Assembly (NCBI GenBank): GCA_035504735.1
Contig: DATJRJ010000275.1
Span: 1-32,000 of the forward strand
Source of the DNA: Candidatus Binataceae bacterium
Lineage (GTDB): Bacteria > Desulfobacterota > Binatia > Binatales > Binataceae
Length of the DNA: 32,000 bases
Direction: 5' to 3'
How positions within the stretch are numbered: position 1 is the stretch's first letter; every line of letters begins with the position of its first letter. Shown piece by piece: positions 17,804-26,822 of this stretch. The notes beneath the pieces are model-generated. The model worked only from the letters and a program-made list of their open reading frames with translations. It was not told where the DNA came from and made no database searches. Made by a program: the position numbers and the translations under genes.

Positions 17804-19039
17804 TTGCGTTACGAATTTAAAATCGCATTGCGTTATCTGAAAGCGCGCCGCAAAGAGGCGTTCATCTCGGTCACCACGCTCTTCACCGCGCTTGGCGTGA
17901 TGCTCGGGGTCGCGGCGCTGACGCTCACGCTGTCGGTGATGGGCGGCCTGGAGGCGAGCCTGCGCGCCCGGGTCCTGGCAGTCACGCCACAAATCGAGAT
18001 CCAGAGTTATAGCGGCGCGATCACCAACTACGGCGCGCTGGTCCGCCGCGCGCGAAACATCCCGGGCGTGACCGCGGCCGACCCGTTCATCGTGGCGCAG
18101 GCGATGGTGAGCTCCGCGGGCGGAGTTAGCGGTGTCGTGGTGCGCGGCATCGATGCCACCAGCCCGGGGATGATCGCGAAAATCGGGGCCTATATCCGGG
18201 CGGGCAGCCTTGCGAACCTGGCGCAAACGGGCGTGCAGTCCGGCGGGACAGCGCCGACGGCGGGCACGATCGCGCTCGGCACGACGCTGGCCGAGCGGTT
18301 GAAAGTAAAGGTGGGCGATACGGTTCGCGTGGTTGCCCCGATCGTCTCGGGAGGGCAACTGACGACCAAGGCCGGTCGCTTCAGAGTCGGAGCGATTTTC
18401 GAATCCGGCGTCGATTTCGTCGATCGCGATCTGGTTTTTATGGGCCTCGCGGCGACCCAGACCTTTTTCGGGCGCCCGGACCAGGCCGACGGCATCGAAC
18501 TGCATCTAGCCAATCTCGACGATACTGAGCAAATCACCCAGGTGCTGCGCACGAAGCTTGGCCAGCATTATGCGGTGCGCAACTGGATCAATTTTAACCA
18601 TGCCGCCTCGGCCGGTTTCGCGCTGCTCAAATGGGTATACTCGGCCGTGCTGTTGCTGCTGATTGGCGTCGCCGCGTTCAATCTTATTGCCACGCTAATT
18701 ATGGTGGTGATGGAGAAGCGCAAGGACATCGCGGTGCTGATCACGATGGGAGCGAGCCGATCGGCGATACGGCTGGTGTTCGTGTTGAAAGGGCTGATCG
18801 TGGGTGCGGTGGGCACCGCCGCCGGCCTTCTGCTAAGCGCGCTGGGATGTTTCGCGCTCGCGCACTATCACTTCATCCACATCCCCAAGGCGGTCTATGG
18901 AATCTCGACCGTGCCGATCGCCGCTGACCCGTTCAATTTTGTGCTGGTGGCGTTTGCTTCGCTGACACTATGCCTGTTGGCTACCATATACCCGGCACGC
19001 CAGGCTTTGCGCGAAACGCCTGCCGAAGTATTGCGATAA
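17804..19039 (+). CDS. Lipoprotein-releasing system permease, LolC/LolE (FtsX/MacB-type) family
   Basis: N-terminus FKIALRYLKARRKEAFISVTTLFTALGVMLGVAALTLTLSVMGG, a periplasmic MacB-like domain, and a C-terminal FtsX 3-TM bundle (MEKRKDIAVLITMGAS). TTG start. Confidence 0.85.
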   Translation: MRYEFKIALRYLKARRKEAFISVTTLFTALGVMLGVAALTLTLSVMGGLEASLRARVLAVTPQIEIQSYSGAITNYGALVRRARNIPGVTAADPFIVAQAMVSSAGGVSGVVVRGIDATSPGMIAKIGAYIRAGSLANLAQTGVQSGGTAPTAGTIALGTTLAERLKVKVGDTVRVVAPIVSGGQLTTKAGRFRVGAIFESGVDFVDRDLVFMGLAATQTFFGRPDQADGIELHLANLDDTEQITQVLRTKLGQHYAVRNWINFNHAASAGFALLKWVYSAVLLLLIGVAAFNLIATLIMVVMEKRKDIAVLITMGASRSAIRLVFVLKGLIVGAVGTAAGLLLSALGCFALAHYHFIHIPKAVYGISTVPIAADPFNFVLVAFASLTLCLLATIYPARQALRETPAEVLR

Positions 19040-19104
19040 GCGGCACGCCGTTTCGCCAACACGCGGCCGGTGCTTCTTCGCAAGCGATCGGGCTGTGATG
19101 AGGT

Positions 19105-19410
19105 TTATCGATCTGCCGGTTCAGAATTGTCGCGGCGCGGTGAGGCCGACTTCGGTTTGCGAATCACCAGCGTTTCATGGCCGCGCACCTTGATGGTGCG
19201 AGCTGAGTCAGACTGGAAACTTCCATTGCTGCCGCTCTCCTCGGGGTGCCGAGGCCGGCTGCTGCCATTGTGACGCCGCCGCCGCCAATTGCTCAGTTCT
19301 TCAGAAAGTTTGGAAGCGACCGAATGGTCCCGCTCTGCATGTTCCCGCTCTTCGGCTTCGGCAGCGGTCTCGTCGCGGTCGGTATCTGGTGGTGGCTCCT
19401 GCGAACTCAT
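19105..19410 (-). CDS. Hypothetical small, highly charged, probably disordered protein (orphan)
   Basis: A strong GGAGGAAGG Shine-Dalgarno sequence lies 9 nt upstream of the ATG. There is no recognisable motif. Third-position GC is lower than in neighbouring genes, so coding status is uncertain. Confidence 0.4.
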   Translation of the reverse strand: MSSQEPPPDTDRDETAAEAEEREHAERDHSVASKLSEELSNWRRRRHNGSSRPRHPEESGSNGSFQSDSARTIKVRGHETLVIRKPKSASPRRDNSEPADR

Positions 19411-19678
19411 TTTATCCTTCCTCCGTTAAACGTAACCATGTCCTCCTATATGTCAGATCAAAGAAATCGCGCTGATGTGGATTCTGCGACGGATGCGCCG
19501 TATTCGTAACCGCTTCGATTTTTAGAACTTCGACGTTGTATGTTGTGCGCGTGTGAAGCCGCCGCCTCAAGTAGGGTCGGGGAATTTGGATGGTTCTCGG
19601 TCAGCCTGATCTTTGTCGCTCGTAGATACCGGTTTTCGGTCCGGCCTGGATTGGAGTTTAGAGGATCAGATCATCCGT

Positions 19679-20011
19679 CTAGACGGAAAAGAGGCTCTGC
19701 ATCCTGAGCGCCAAGCCCATATCACCCGCGATACGCAGCTTACCCGTCATGAACGCGACCTGGCCGTTGAGCTTGCCGTTTACGAGATCCAGATAATCCT
19801 GCGCAGACATCGAAATTGTGATATTCGGCGAAGCGTGCGCTCCTTCCTTCACCTGGCATTGCTCGTTGGCGATGATTACATGCCACTTGCCGCCGCCATC
19901 GCCGGCTAGATCGAATTGATAGACTACATTGAGCCCCTTAGAGGCCTCCTTGTTGAAGCGGCTCGGCATTATCTCAAATGCCTGCTTACACGAGGTCGGC
20001 GCATCTGCCAT
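19679..20011 (-). CDS. SCP2 sterol/lipid-carrier domain protein
   Basis: 110 aa with VYQFDLAGDGGGKWHV...SAQDYLDLVNGKLNGQVAFMTGKLRIAGDMGLALRMQSLF, the SCP-2 family pattern. Confidence 0.8.
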   Translation of the reverse strand: MADAPTSCKQAFEIMPSRFNKEASKGLNVVYQFDLAGDGGGKWHVIIANEQCQVKEGAHASPNITISMSAQDYLDLVNGKLNGQVAFMTGKLRIAGDMGLALRMQSLFSV

Positions 20012-20054
20012 TTAAGCTGGAGCCTCCCGAGAGGACGAACCCGACATGCAAGAC

Positions 20055-20084
20055 CATATAAACGCGCGCGTAAAACCTTGTCAA
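20055..20084 (-). promoter_or_regulatory. Sigma-70-type promoter candidate for the SCP2 gene
   Basis: On the minus strand: TTGACA (complement of 20079-20084), an 18-nt spacer, then TATATG (complement of 20055-20060). It lies about 45 nt upstream of the ATG at 20011. Confidence 0.35.
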
Positions 20085-20151
20085 TAGCGTAATCGCAGCA
20101 TACGGCAAACGCACGCGTACTAATCAGTTTCGAGACGCATTGGCACGCTGA

Positions 20152-21669
20152 TCAAAAACCGAAGATGTTCCCGGGCACGACCCTGATCAGATTGGTGCGT
20201 ACTTTCACCGGCGCTGCACCCTCGGTGATCGTGACGGCGCGATCACGATCGGGTGCGTTGCTCACCGTGCCGTCGAGATACGCATCTTTCCCGATCACCT
20301 TGACGGTCACACTGGTCAGCCCCGCGCCCTGAAGCTGGCGCATGATGGCATCCTGCTGTTGCTGCCATTGGCCCGTGTCGGTCGTAAGATTATCGATCAC
20401 ATCGCTGACGCCGCTCACACCCTGCACATTGTTGACTGCTATGCGCCGCGCTTTGTCGTCGAACACCTTGCCGTACAGCGTGACCACGCCGCCGCTGTTG
20501 GTATAGGCCTTGACGCGGCGTGTTCTCGGATCGACACGCAATCGATCCAGCACCTTTTCGAGCAGCGTCGGTCTCGGCGGACGCGCCGAAGCGACCCGTG
20601 TGCGATGCCGAGGCCGGGGTGCAGCTGACGCCGGCGCTGCGGCGACGGGCGGCGGCGGAAGTGCCGCCACCGGTGTCGGCAGGGCGGTTGGTGAAGGCGC
20701 CGCCAGCGCTAATTCCGGCGGTTCATTCGGGTCAAGCGTCGCCAGCTTGGCGCTCAATGCCGATTCTGCCTTCGTCGCCTCTGGACCGCCGTGCGAAAAG
20801 ACGATCGGCAAGTCGGCTTCGGCGGCGCCGGCACTACTCGCTCCGAAATCCCAGGTCGAGATCGAGTTCAACACCTCAGCATCAAGGCTGGGATTGGGCG
20901 CAGTCGAAGTCTTAATCGATGAGGCGACGACCTTGCCTCCCGCATCGATCGAGACGTGCACCAGCATTGCGTCGTGCGCCGTGCTGTCGGTATCGAGTGC
21001 ATGACCATAGATGCCGAGCAAGGTCCCGCGGTTGCTATCAAAAACTTTGTCGATCGCGTCGCGATTTCGTTCCGGAGCTTCTGCCGCCGGGCCGCTTACC
21101 TGGGTCGGGATTGTGCTCGCCAGCGTGACTTGCGGCGCGGCTGCGACGCCGGCAGGTGTCTGGGTAGCGGCCGGGGAAGCTTGGACGATTGGAGCGTTTG
21201 AGGAGGACTTTGTCAGATGCAACGCCAGCCAGGCGCCCCCAACCAGCGCTACCAGCGCCGCGATTGTATAGCCGATGATTCCAATCCAACCGCGCGCTCC
21301 CGCCGAGTCATCATCACCCTCGCCGCCCGGCCGCTCATCGGGAAAGGTATGCTGGACGCGCGCGGTGCCGGTGGGTCCCGGCGTCGGTGACCGCAGCGGC
21401 TGAGAGGGCGGCGTCGCGGGACCTTGCGGCGGCGACGGCGCGGCTGAGGGGTCGAGGCGGGCGCCGCAGAAATTGCAGATAACCTCGCCCGGCTCGGCCT
21501 TGCCACCGCATACCGGACACTCGACCTGCGGCTCGGGCCCTGTACCGCCCGGAACGTCATCGACCCGCGTGGTCGCCGGACCTCCGGCGGAAACCAACGC
21601 GGTTCCATCATCGGGGCAAAATCGCTCCGCATCGGGGTAGGTCTTGTTGCATTGCGGGCAACGCTTCAT
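20152..21669 (-). CDS. Membrane-anchored protein: double zinc-ribbon, Pro-rich linker, TM, TonB-C/AgmX-like domain, Pro/Ala linker, two BON domains
   Basis: CPQC..(x11)..CPDDG and CPVCGG..(x9)..CNFCG. TM segment WIGIIGYTIAALVALVGGAWLAL. MLVHVSIDAGGKVVASSI...LDAEVLNSISTWDF resembles TonB_C. VKAYTNSGGVVTLYGKV...IAVNNVQGVSGVSDVIDNL and VTVKVIGKDAYLDGTVSN...VKVRTNLIRV resemble BON. Confidence 0.8.
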   Translation of the reverse strand: MKRCPQCNKTYPDAERFCPDDGTALVSAGGPATTRVDDVPGGTGPEPQVECPVCGGKAEPGEVICNFCGARLDPSAAPSPPQGPATPPSQPLRSPTPGPTGTARVQHTFPDERPGGEGDDDSAGARGWIGIIGYTIAALVALVGGAWLALHLTKSSSNAPIVQASPAATQTPAGVAAAPQVTLASTIPTQVSGPAAEAPERNRDAIDKVFDSNRGTLLGIYGHALDTDSTAHDAMLVHVSIDAGGKVVASSIKTSTAPNPSLDAEVLNSISTWDFGASSAGAAEADLPIVFSHGGPEATKAESALSAKLATLDPNEPPELALAAPSPTALPTPVAALPPPPVAAAPASAAPRPRHRTRVASARPPRPTLLEKVLDRLRVDPRTRRVKAYTNSGGVVTLYGKVFDDKARRIAVNNVQGVSGVSDVIDNLTTDTGQWQQQQDAIMRQLQGAGLTSVTVKVIGKDAYLDGTVSNAPDRDRAVTITEGAAPVKVRTNLIRVVPGNIFGF

Positions 21670-21791
21670 CGGCAGGCCTTGTCACTCAAGATTTTGTCGG
21701 TTGAATGATAGCGTTTAAAACGCCGCTTAAGCCACTGTCAACGAAGTTGGAAAAGCCTGGCGATTCGGAACCGCTATCGATTTTTCGAGAT

Positions 21792-22646
21792 TCAGACCTT
21801 CGCCAGCAGGTCATCATGCATGCCTTGCAGCTCGGCCAGCGCGTCGGCTGGATTGCGGCTCGCGTTCAGGATCACGCGGTCGACACCTAATGATGCCAGC
21901 TGCCGTACCTGCTCAGGACCAAGCGGCTTGGAAAACCTGGGGTTAACGGTGATCTCCAACGGGCGCGAGCGACGCGCCTCACGTTCATGGTTTCGCAGGC
22001 TCGCGATCGTCTGTGCAGTCTGATCGAGGCTCGTCATGATGCCGTACCAGCCATCGCCGACCTGTGCCGCACGTCGGAGCGAAGGCTCGGTATCGCCGCC
22101 TAGGACGATCGGCGGATGCGGTTGCTGCAGAGGCTTGGGCGCGAAACGTATCCCCTGCGTTTTAACCGTGCGCCCTTGATAGCTCGGGGCCGGGCTCGTC
22201 CAGAGTTCCTTCATAAGCGCAATCGACTCGCGAGTGTGCCGCGCTCGCCCCTCGAATTTCATGCCAATTGCCTCGAATTCCTCCTGGAGCCATCCGATAC
22301 CGATGCCGAAGATGAAGCGTCCGCCTGAAACCACGTCGAGGCTCGCCGCAGCCTTGGCGATAGCGAATGGATTGCGCATCGGCAAAACCAGCACGCCGGT
22401 CGCGAGCCGAATCCGGCTGGTGGCGCCGGCGATAAAGGCGAGCGCCACGATCGGGTCATGAAACGGCGTGTCCGGCGGCGCCGGCATCCGCCCCGAAGTC
22501 GAGTAGGGATAGGGCGAGCGATATTCGACCGGCAGCACGATGTGGTCGGGAATCCAGAGCGACTCGAAACCCAGCTCCTCGGCGCGCCTGGCGATCGCGA
22601 CCATCTCGGGGCCGGCAATCTGGTAGAGGAAGGTCGCGAATTTCAT
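21792..22646 (-). CDS. Luciferase-like monooxygenase (LLM) class oxidoreductase, probably F420-dependent
   Basis: MKFATFL...AEELGFESLWIPDHIVLP, LATGVLVLPMRNP, LDVVSGGRFIFGIGIGW, and GDGWYG. This pattern is typical of the Rv2161c-like LLM subfamily. Confidence 0.85.
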   Translation of the reverse strand: MKFATFLYQIAGPEMVAIARRAEELGFESLWIPDHIVLPVEYRSPYPYSTSGRMPAPPDTPFHDPIVALAFIAGATSRIRLATGVLVLPMRNPFAIAKAAASLDVVSGGRFIFGIGIGWLQEEFEAIGMKFEGRARHTRESIALMKELWTSPAPSYQGRTVKTQGIRFAPKPLQQPHPPIVLGGDTEPSLRRAAQVGDGWYGIMTSLDQTAQTIASLRNHEREARRSRPLEITVNPRFSKPLGPEQVRQLASLGVDRVILNASRNPADALAELQGMHDDLLAKV

Positions 22647-22737
22647 CGGCTGCTCCTATGCCCGCGAAGTTGCCTGCGCCTGCGAGTGTTGTTGGGCATC
22701 GTTTTTCTCCTGCGAAAAATTCCGCCTTAAGCGTTTA

Positions 22738-24222
22738 TCAAACCGCTTCACGATCCGGAAAATTCACTGCCAGGACGGTGGACTCGGCGACGCTCCGCAT
22801 ATCGAGCTGAAAGACATCGCCGCTAATACGGCCGATTACCGGCGGCCGCGCGCGACGAAACCAGCTGGCGATCGCGTCCGGCGAGAGCGTCGGATGCGTG
22901 ATCGCGAGCGCCCGGCTGGGCAACTGATAAGTGGGGAGCGACCCCGAACCGATCTCGGAGGTCGAGGGCACCACCTCGATCGCGAAGCCGGGTCCGAGCC
23001 GCGGCGCGATCAGCGCCCGGGACTGAATCGCGAGATCGTCGAGCTCGTCCAGCGTGCGGGTCAGCATGCGCAGCGTGGGCAGCGCCTCAGCCACCGTACG
23101 TGAGCGCAGGTAGATTCCGAGCGTCGCGGACAACGCCGCCAGCGTCAGTTTATCGCAGCGCAACGCGCGCTTGAGCGGATGGGATTTCAGACGCTCGACC
23201 AGCGCACGCCGGCCGACGATGATTCCCGCCTGCGGACCGCCGAGCAGCTTGTCGCCCGAAAAGGTCACCAGCCCGGCGCCCGCGGCGACGCTCTCCGCGA
23301 CCAGCGGCTCACGCGGCAAATCGAACGCCCCGAGATCGATCAACGCGCCTGAGCCGAGGTCCTCGATCACCTCGATACCGCGCGCCGCACCAATCGCCGC
23401 CAGCTCGGCCAGCGTCACCTCGCTGGTGAAGCCGACCACGCGGTAATTGGATGGATGGACCTTCATCAGCAACGCGGTATCGGGACCGATCGCGGCAGCA
23501 AAATCGTGCGGATGAGTCCGATTAGTGGTGCCGACCTCGCGGAGCCGCGCGCCGCTTTGTGCCATCACCTCCGGAATCCGAAAGGAGCCGCCGATTTCGA
23601 TCAGCTCGCCGCGTGAAACCACCACTTCCCTTCCCGCCGCCAGCGCGCTCAGCGCGAGCAGCACCGCGGCGGCGTTATTGTTGACCACGGTCGCGGCCTC
23701 GGCGCCGGTGAGCGCACACAGCTCCCGCTCGACCAGCGCGTCGCGGTCGCCACGTCCGCCGCTTTCGAGGTCATATTCGAGATTCACCGGCGAGCGCGCC
23801 GCCTGCACGATTGCGATGATTGCCTCTTCAGCCAGAAGCGCGCGGCCGAGGTTGGTATGCAGCACGACGCCGGTCGCATTGACCACCGGCATCAGCGCCG
23901 CGCCGTCAGCGGCAAAAGCCGCGCGGACCGCCGCCGTCACCCGTGCGAGCATCCCGGCGCGGCTGGCAGGCAGATCTGAAACGCCGGCCGCGATCGACGC
24001 GCGAATCGCGTCCTGCGCTCGGCGCGCCAGCATCTTCAGGTAACCGCGGCTCAGTTGATATTCGTCAAGCTCGGATGCGGCGGCAGCAATGCATTCGTCG
24101 ATCGGCGGCAGCAGGCGCATCGAAGCGCCGTTGCGCGCCCCTTCACCTGCCGCGCCGTCACGCTGTTTTGTCCGGGTCGCCACGCCAGCCTGATTATCGG
24201 AAAGCTGACCGCGCAAGCGCAA
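22738..24222 (-). CDS. selA: L-seryl-tRNA(Sec) selenium transferase
   Basis: VVNATGVVLHTNLGRA, VNNNAAAVLL, VVSRGELIEIGGSFRIPEVM, VGTTNRTH, FSGDKLLGGPQAGIIVG (PLP Lys), HPLKRALRCDKLTLAAL. It is collinear with E. coli SelA as I remember it. The start is ambiguous: TTG 24222 or ATG 24120 (MRLLPPID...). Confidence 0.9.
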   Translation of the reverse strand: MRLRGQLSDNQAGVATRTKQRDGAAGEGARNGASMRLLPPIDECIAAAASELDEYQLSRGYLKMLARRAQDAIRASIAAGVSDLPASRAGMLARVTAAVRAAFAADGAALMPVVNATGVVLHTNLGRALLAEEAIIAIVQAARSPVNLEYDLESGGRGDRDALVERELCALTGAEAATVVNNNAAAVLLALSALAAGREVVVSRGELIEIGGSFRIPEVMAQSGARLREVGTTNRTHPHDFAAAIGPDTALLMKVHPSNYRVVGFTSEVTLAELAAIGAARGIEVIEDLGSGALIDLGAFDLPREPLVAESVAAGAGLVTFSGDKLLGGPQAGIIVGRRALVERLKSHPLKRALRCDKLTLAALSATLGIYLRSRTVAEALPTLRMLTRTLDELDDLAIQSRALIAPRLGPGFAIEVVPSTSEIGSGSLPTYQLPSRALAITHPTLSPDAIASWFRRARPPVIGRISGDVFQLDMRSVAESTVLAVNFPDREAV

Positions 24223-24231
24223 GCAGGTATC

Positions 24232-25398
<1,167 letters not shown>

Positions 25399-25556
25399 CT
25401 GGCCGCCGAAGAACAGGCGGAAGTTGCGATGCCCGAGGGCCCGGAACGCGCCGGCCCGCGTGGAAATTTGACCGCTGACGGTTTCGGCGGCGGCTTCGGT
25501 TTCGACTGTGCGTTCGATGATTGACGCTCGCCGACTGAGGTAGCGTTATTGTGCCA

Positions 25557-25591
25557 GAGCAAAACGCGCCGTGCGAGGCGCGCTCGGCGCG
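25557..25591 (-). terminator. Rho-independent terminator candidate downstream of bioB
   Basis: On the minus strand, CGCGCCG...CGGCGCG forms a 7-bp GC stem (25585-25591 with 25565-25571). An inner CGCGCC/GGCGCG stem with a 6-nt loop is an alternative. It is followed by TTTTGCTC and starts 20 nt after the bioB stop. Confidence 0.4.
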
Positions 25592-25611
25592 GCACCAGGG
25601 ATCGATCCGCC

Positions 25612-26604
25612 TTACGGCGTGACGACCTCGAAGCCGGCGCGCTCGATCATCTCACGGGTCGACGCGTAACCCCATCCGGGCGTGGTCAGATAACCGTTGA
25701 CGAAAATCGAGTTGACGGCGTTGAACAGTTCCGGCTGGCGCGCGCCGAGATTGAGCTCGCGGCCGCCCGCCGCGCGAACCTCGCTCTTCGGGTTGAGCAG
25801 GCGAAACAGACAGGCGGCTTTGAGACATCGCTCGGGCGAAAGCCGGCGGAGGTCCGCGAGCGGCGTGCCCTTGATCGGATGTAGAAAATTTATCGGGACC
25901 GAATCGATCGCCAGACGCCGGGTAGCATAAGCGAGATCGAGCAGATCGTCGTCGTCCTCGCCCATCCCGATGATGCCGCCCGAGCAGGTGCTGAGCCCCG
26001 CCGCGCGGACATTTTCGATCGTCGCAACCCGGTCGTCCCAACGATGCGTGGTACAGATTCGCGGGTAGAAGCGGCGGCTGGTGTTAAGATTATGGTTGAT
26101 CCAGCCCGCGCCCGCCTCCTTCAGGGTCTCGGCCTCTGCGCGACCCATGAGGCCGAGCGAAAGGCAGATCTCCAGGCTGGGGAGCTCGCTGCGGATGCGC
26201 TCGCAGGCCTCGCCCAGGTGCTCGATATCGCGAGCGGCCGGCCCGCGCATGCTGCACACCATGCAATAGCGCTGCGCGCCGGTTTCCGCCGCCTCGCGCG
26301 CGCCCGCGACTAACTCCGCAACGCTTTGCAGCTTGTAGACCGGGATATCGGCCTTCGAGAGACGTGATTGCGAGCAATAGTGGCAATCCTCGGGGCAGAT
26401 GCCGCTCTGGGCGTTGCGCAGCACACAAATCTTCACGCGCTTCCCGAACGCCGCAGAGCGCACCTTGAGGGTCGCCGCCAGCAGATCGGGCAGGCGATGG
26501 TCGGGACAATCCACGATCGCGCGTGCGGCAGGCCGCGGCAGTTCTGCGCCTTCGAGCACCTCGGCGGCCATCCGGTCGAAATCGAGCTCTTCTAATCGGG
26601 TCAT
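25612..26604 (-). CDS. bioB: Biotin synthase (radical SAM)
   Basis: CPEDCHYCSQS (CxxxCxxC), INHNLNTSRRFYPRICTTH, and VRAAGLSTCSGGIIGMGE. It is collinear with the E. coli BioB motifs. Confidence 0.9.
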   Translation of the reverse strand: MTRLEELDFDRMAAEVLEGAELPRPAARAIVDCPDHRLPDLLAATLKVRSAAFGKRVKICVLRNAQSGICPEDCHYCSQSRLSKADIPVYKLQSVAELVAGAREAAETGAQRYCMVCSMRGPAARDIEHLGEACERIRSELPSLEICLSLGLMGRAEAETLKEAGAGWINHNLNTSRRFYPRICTTHRWDDRVATIENVRAAGLSTCSGGIIGMGEDDDDLLDLAYATRRLAIDSVPINFLHPIKGTPLADLRRLSPERCLKAACLFRLLNPKSEVRAAGGRELNLGARQPELFNAVNSIFVNGYLTTPGWGYASTREMIERAGFEVVTP

Positions 26605-26822
26605 GATGGTTGGCTCGCCGGGGTCCTTGGGCGGCGGCCGGAGACCACAGGATTATGGCCTCGATCCCCCGTAATCAAGTGCCCCTGGCCGGCCAGGACG
26701 CCGGGGGCCTGCCCGCTCGAGGGGCTTTTGCGAAAATTTCAGGACGGTATAGAATTAAGGGGCCCGCAAGGGCAGCGTTCACCCCCGGCAGGGATCGGCG
26801 TTGCCCGATGGCTTGAGTCAGA

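Noticed and set aside
19407-19439. The 10-codon upstream ORF MVTFNGGRIK considered as an independent leader-peptide feature.
   Set aside because: Its GGAGGA lies only 1-2 nt from the ATG, which is too close for normal Shine-Dalgarno spacing. I mention it inside the finding on this island but do not call it as a feature.
22647-24231. A tRNA-Sec, SECIS element or TGA-interrupted selenoprotein gene near selA.
   Set aside because: There is no tRNA-like T-arm (GGTTCGA.TCC) or UCA anticodon-loop context in any intergenic region. No same-frame ORF pairs are split by a single TGA.
26605-26822. Possible FMN (RFN) riboswitch in the bioB/ribB divergent spacer. Fragments such as GACGGTATAG, GCGAAAATTTC and GGGCAGCGTTCACCCCCGGCAGGGA resemble pieces of the RFN consensus. 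There is also a GC palindrome CCTGGCCGGCCAGG and a weak hairpin followed by TTTTG.
   Set aside because: The fragments are in the wrong order and spacing for the six-helix RFN architecture. The conserved GGGTGAAATTCCC core is absent. I could not build the P1 helix by eye. A covariance-model scan (Rfam RF00050) would settle this.
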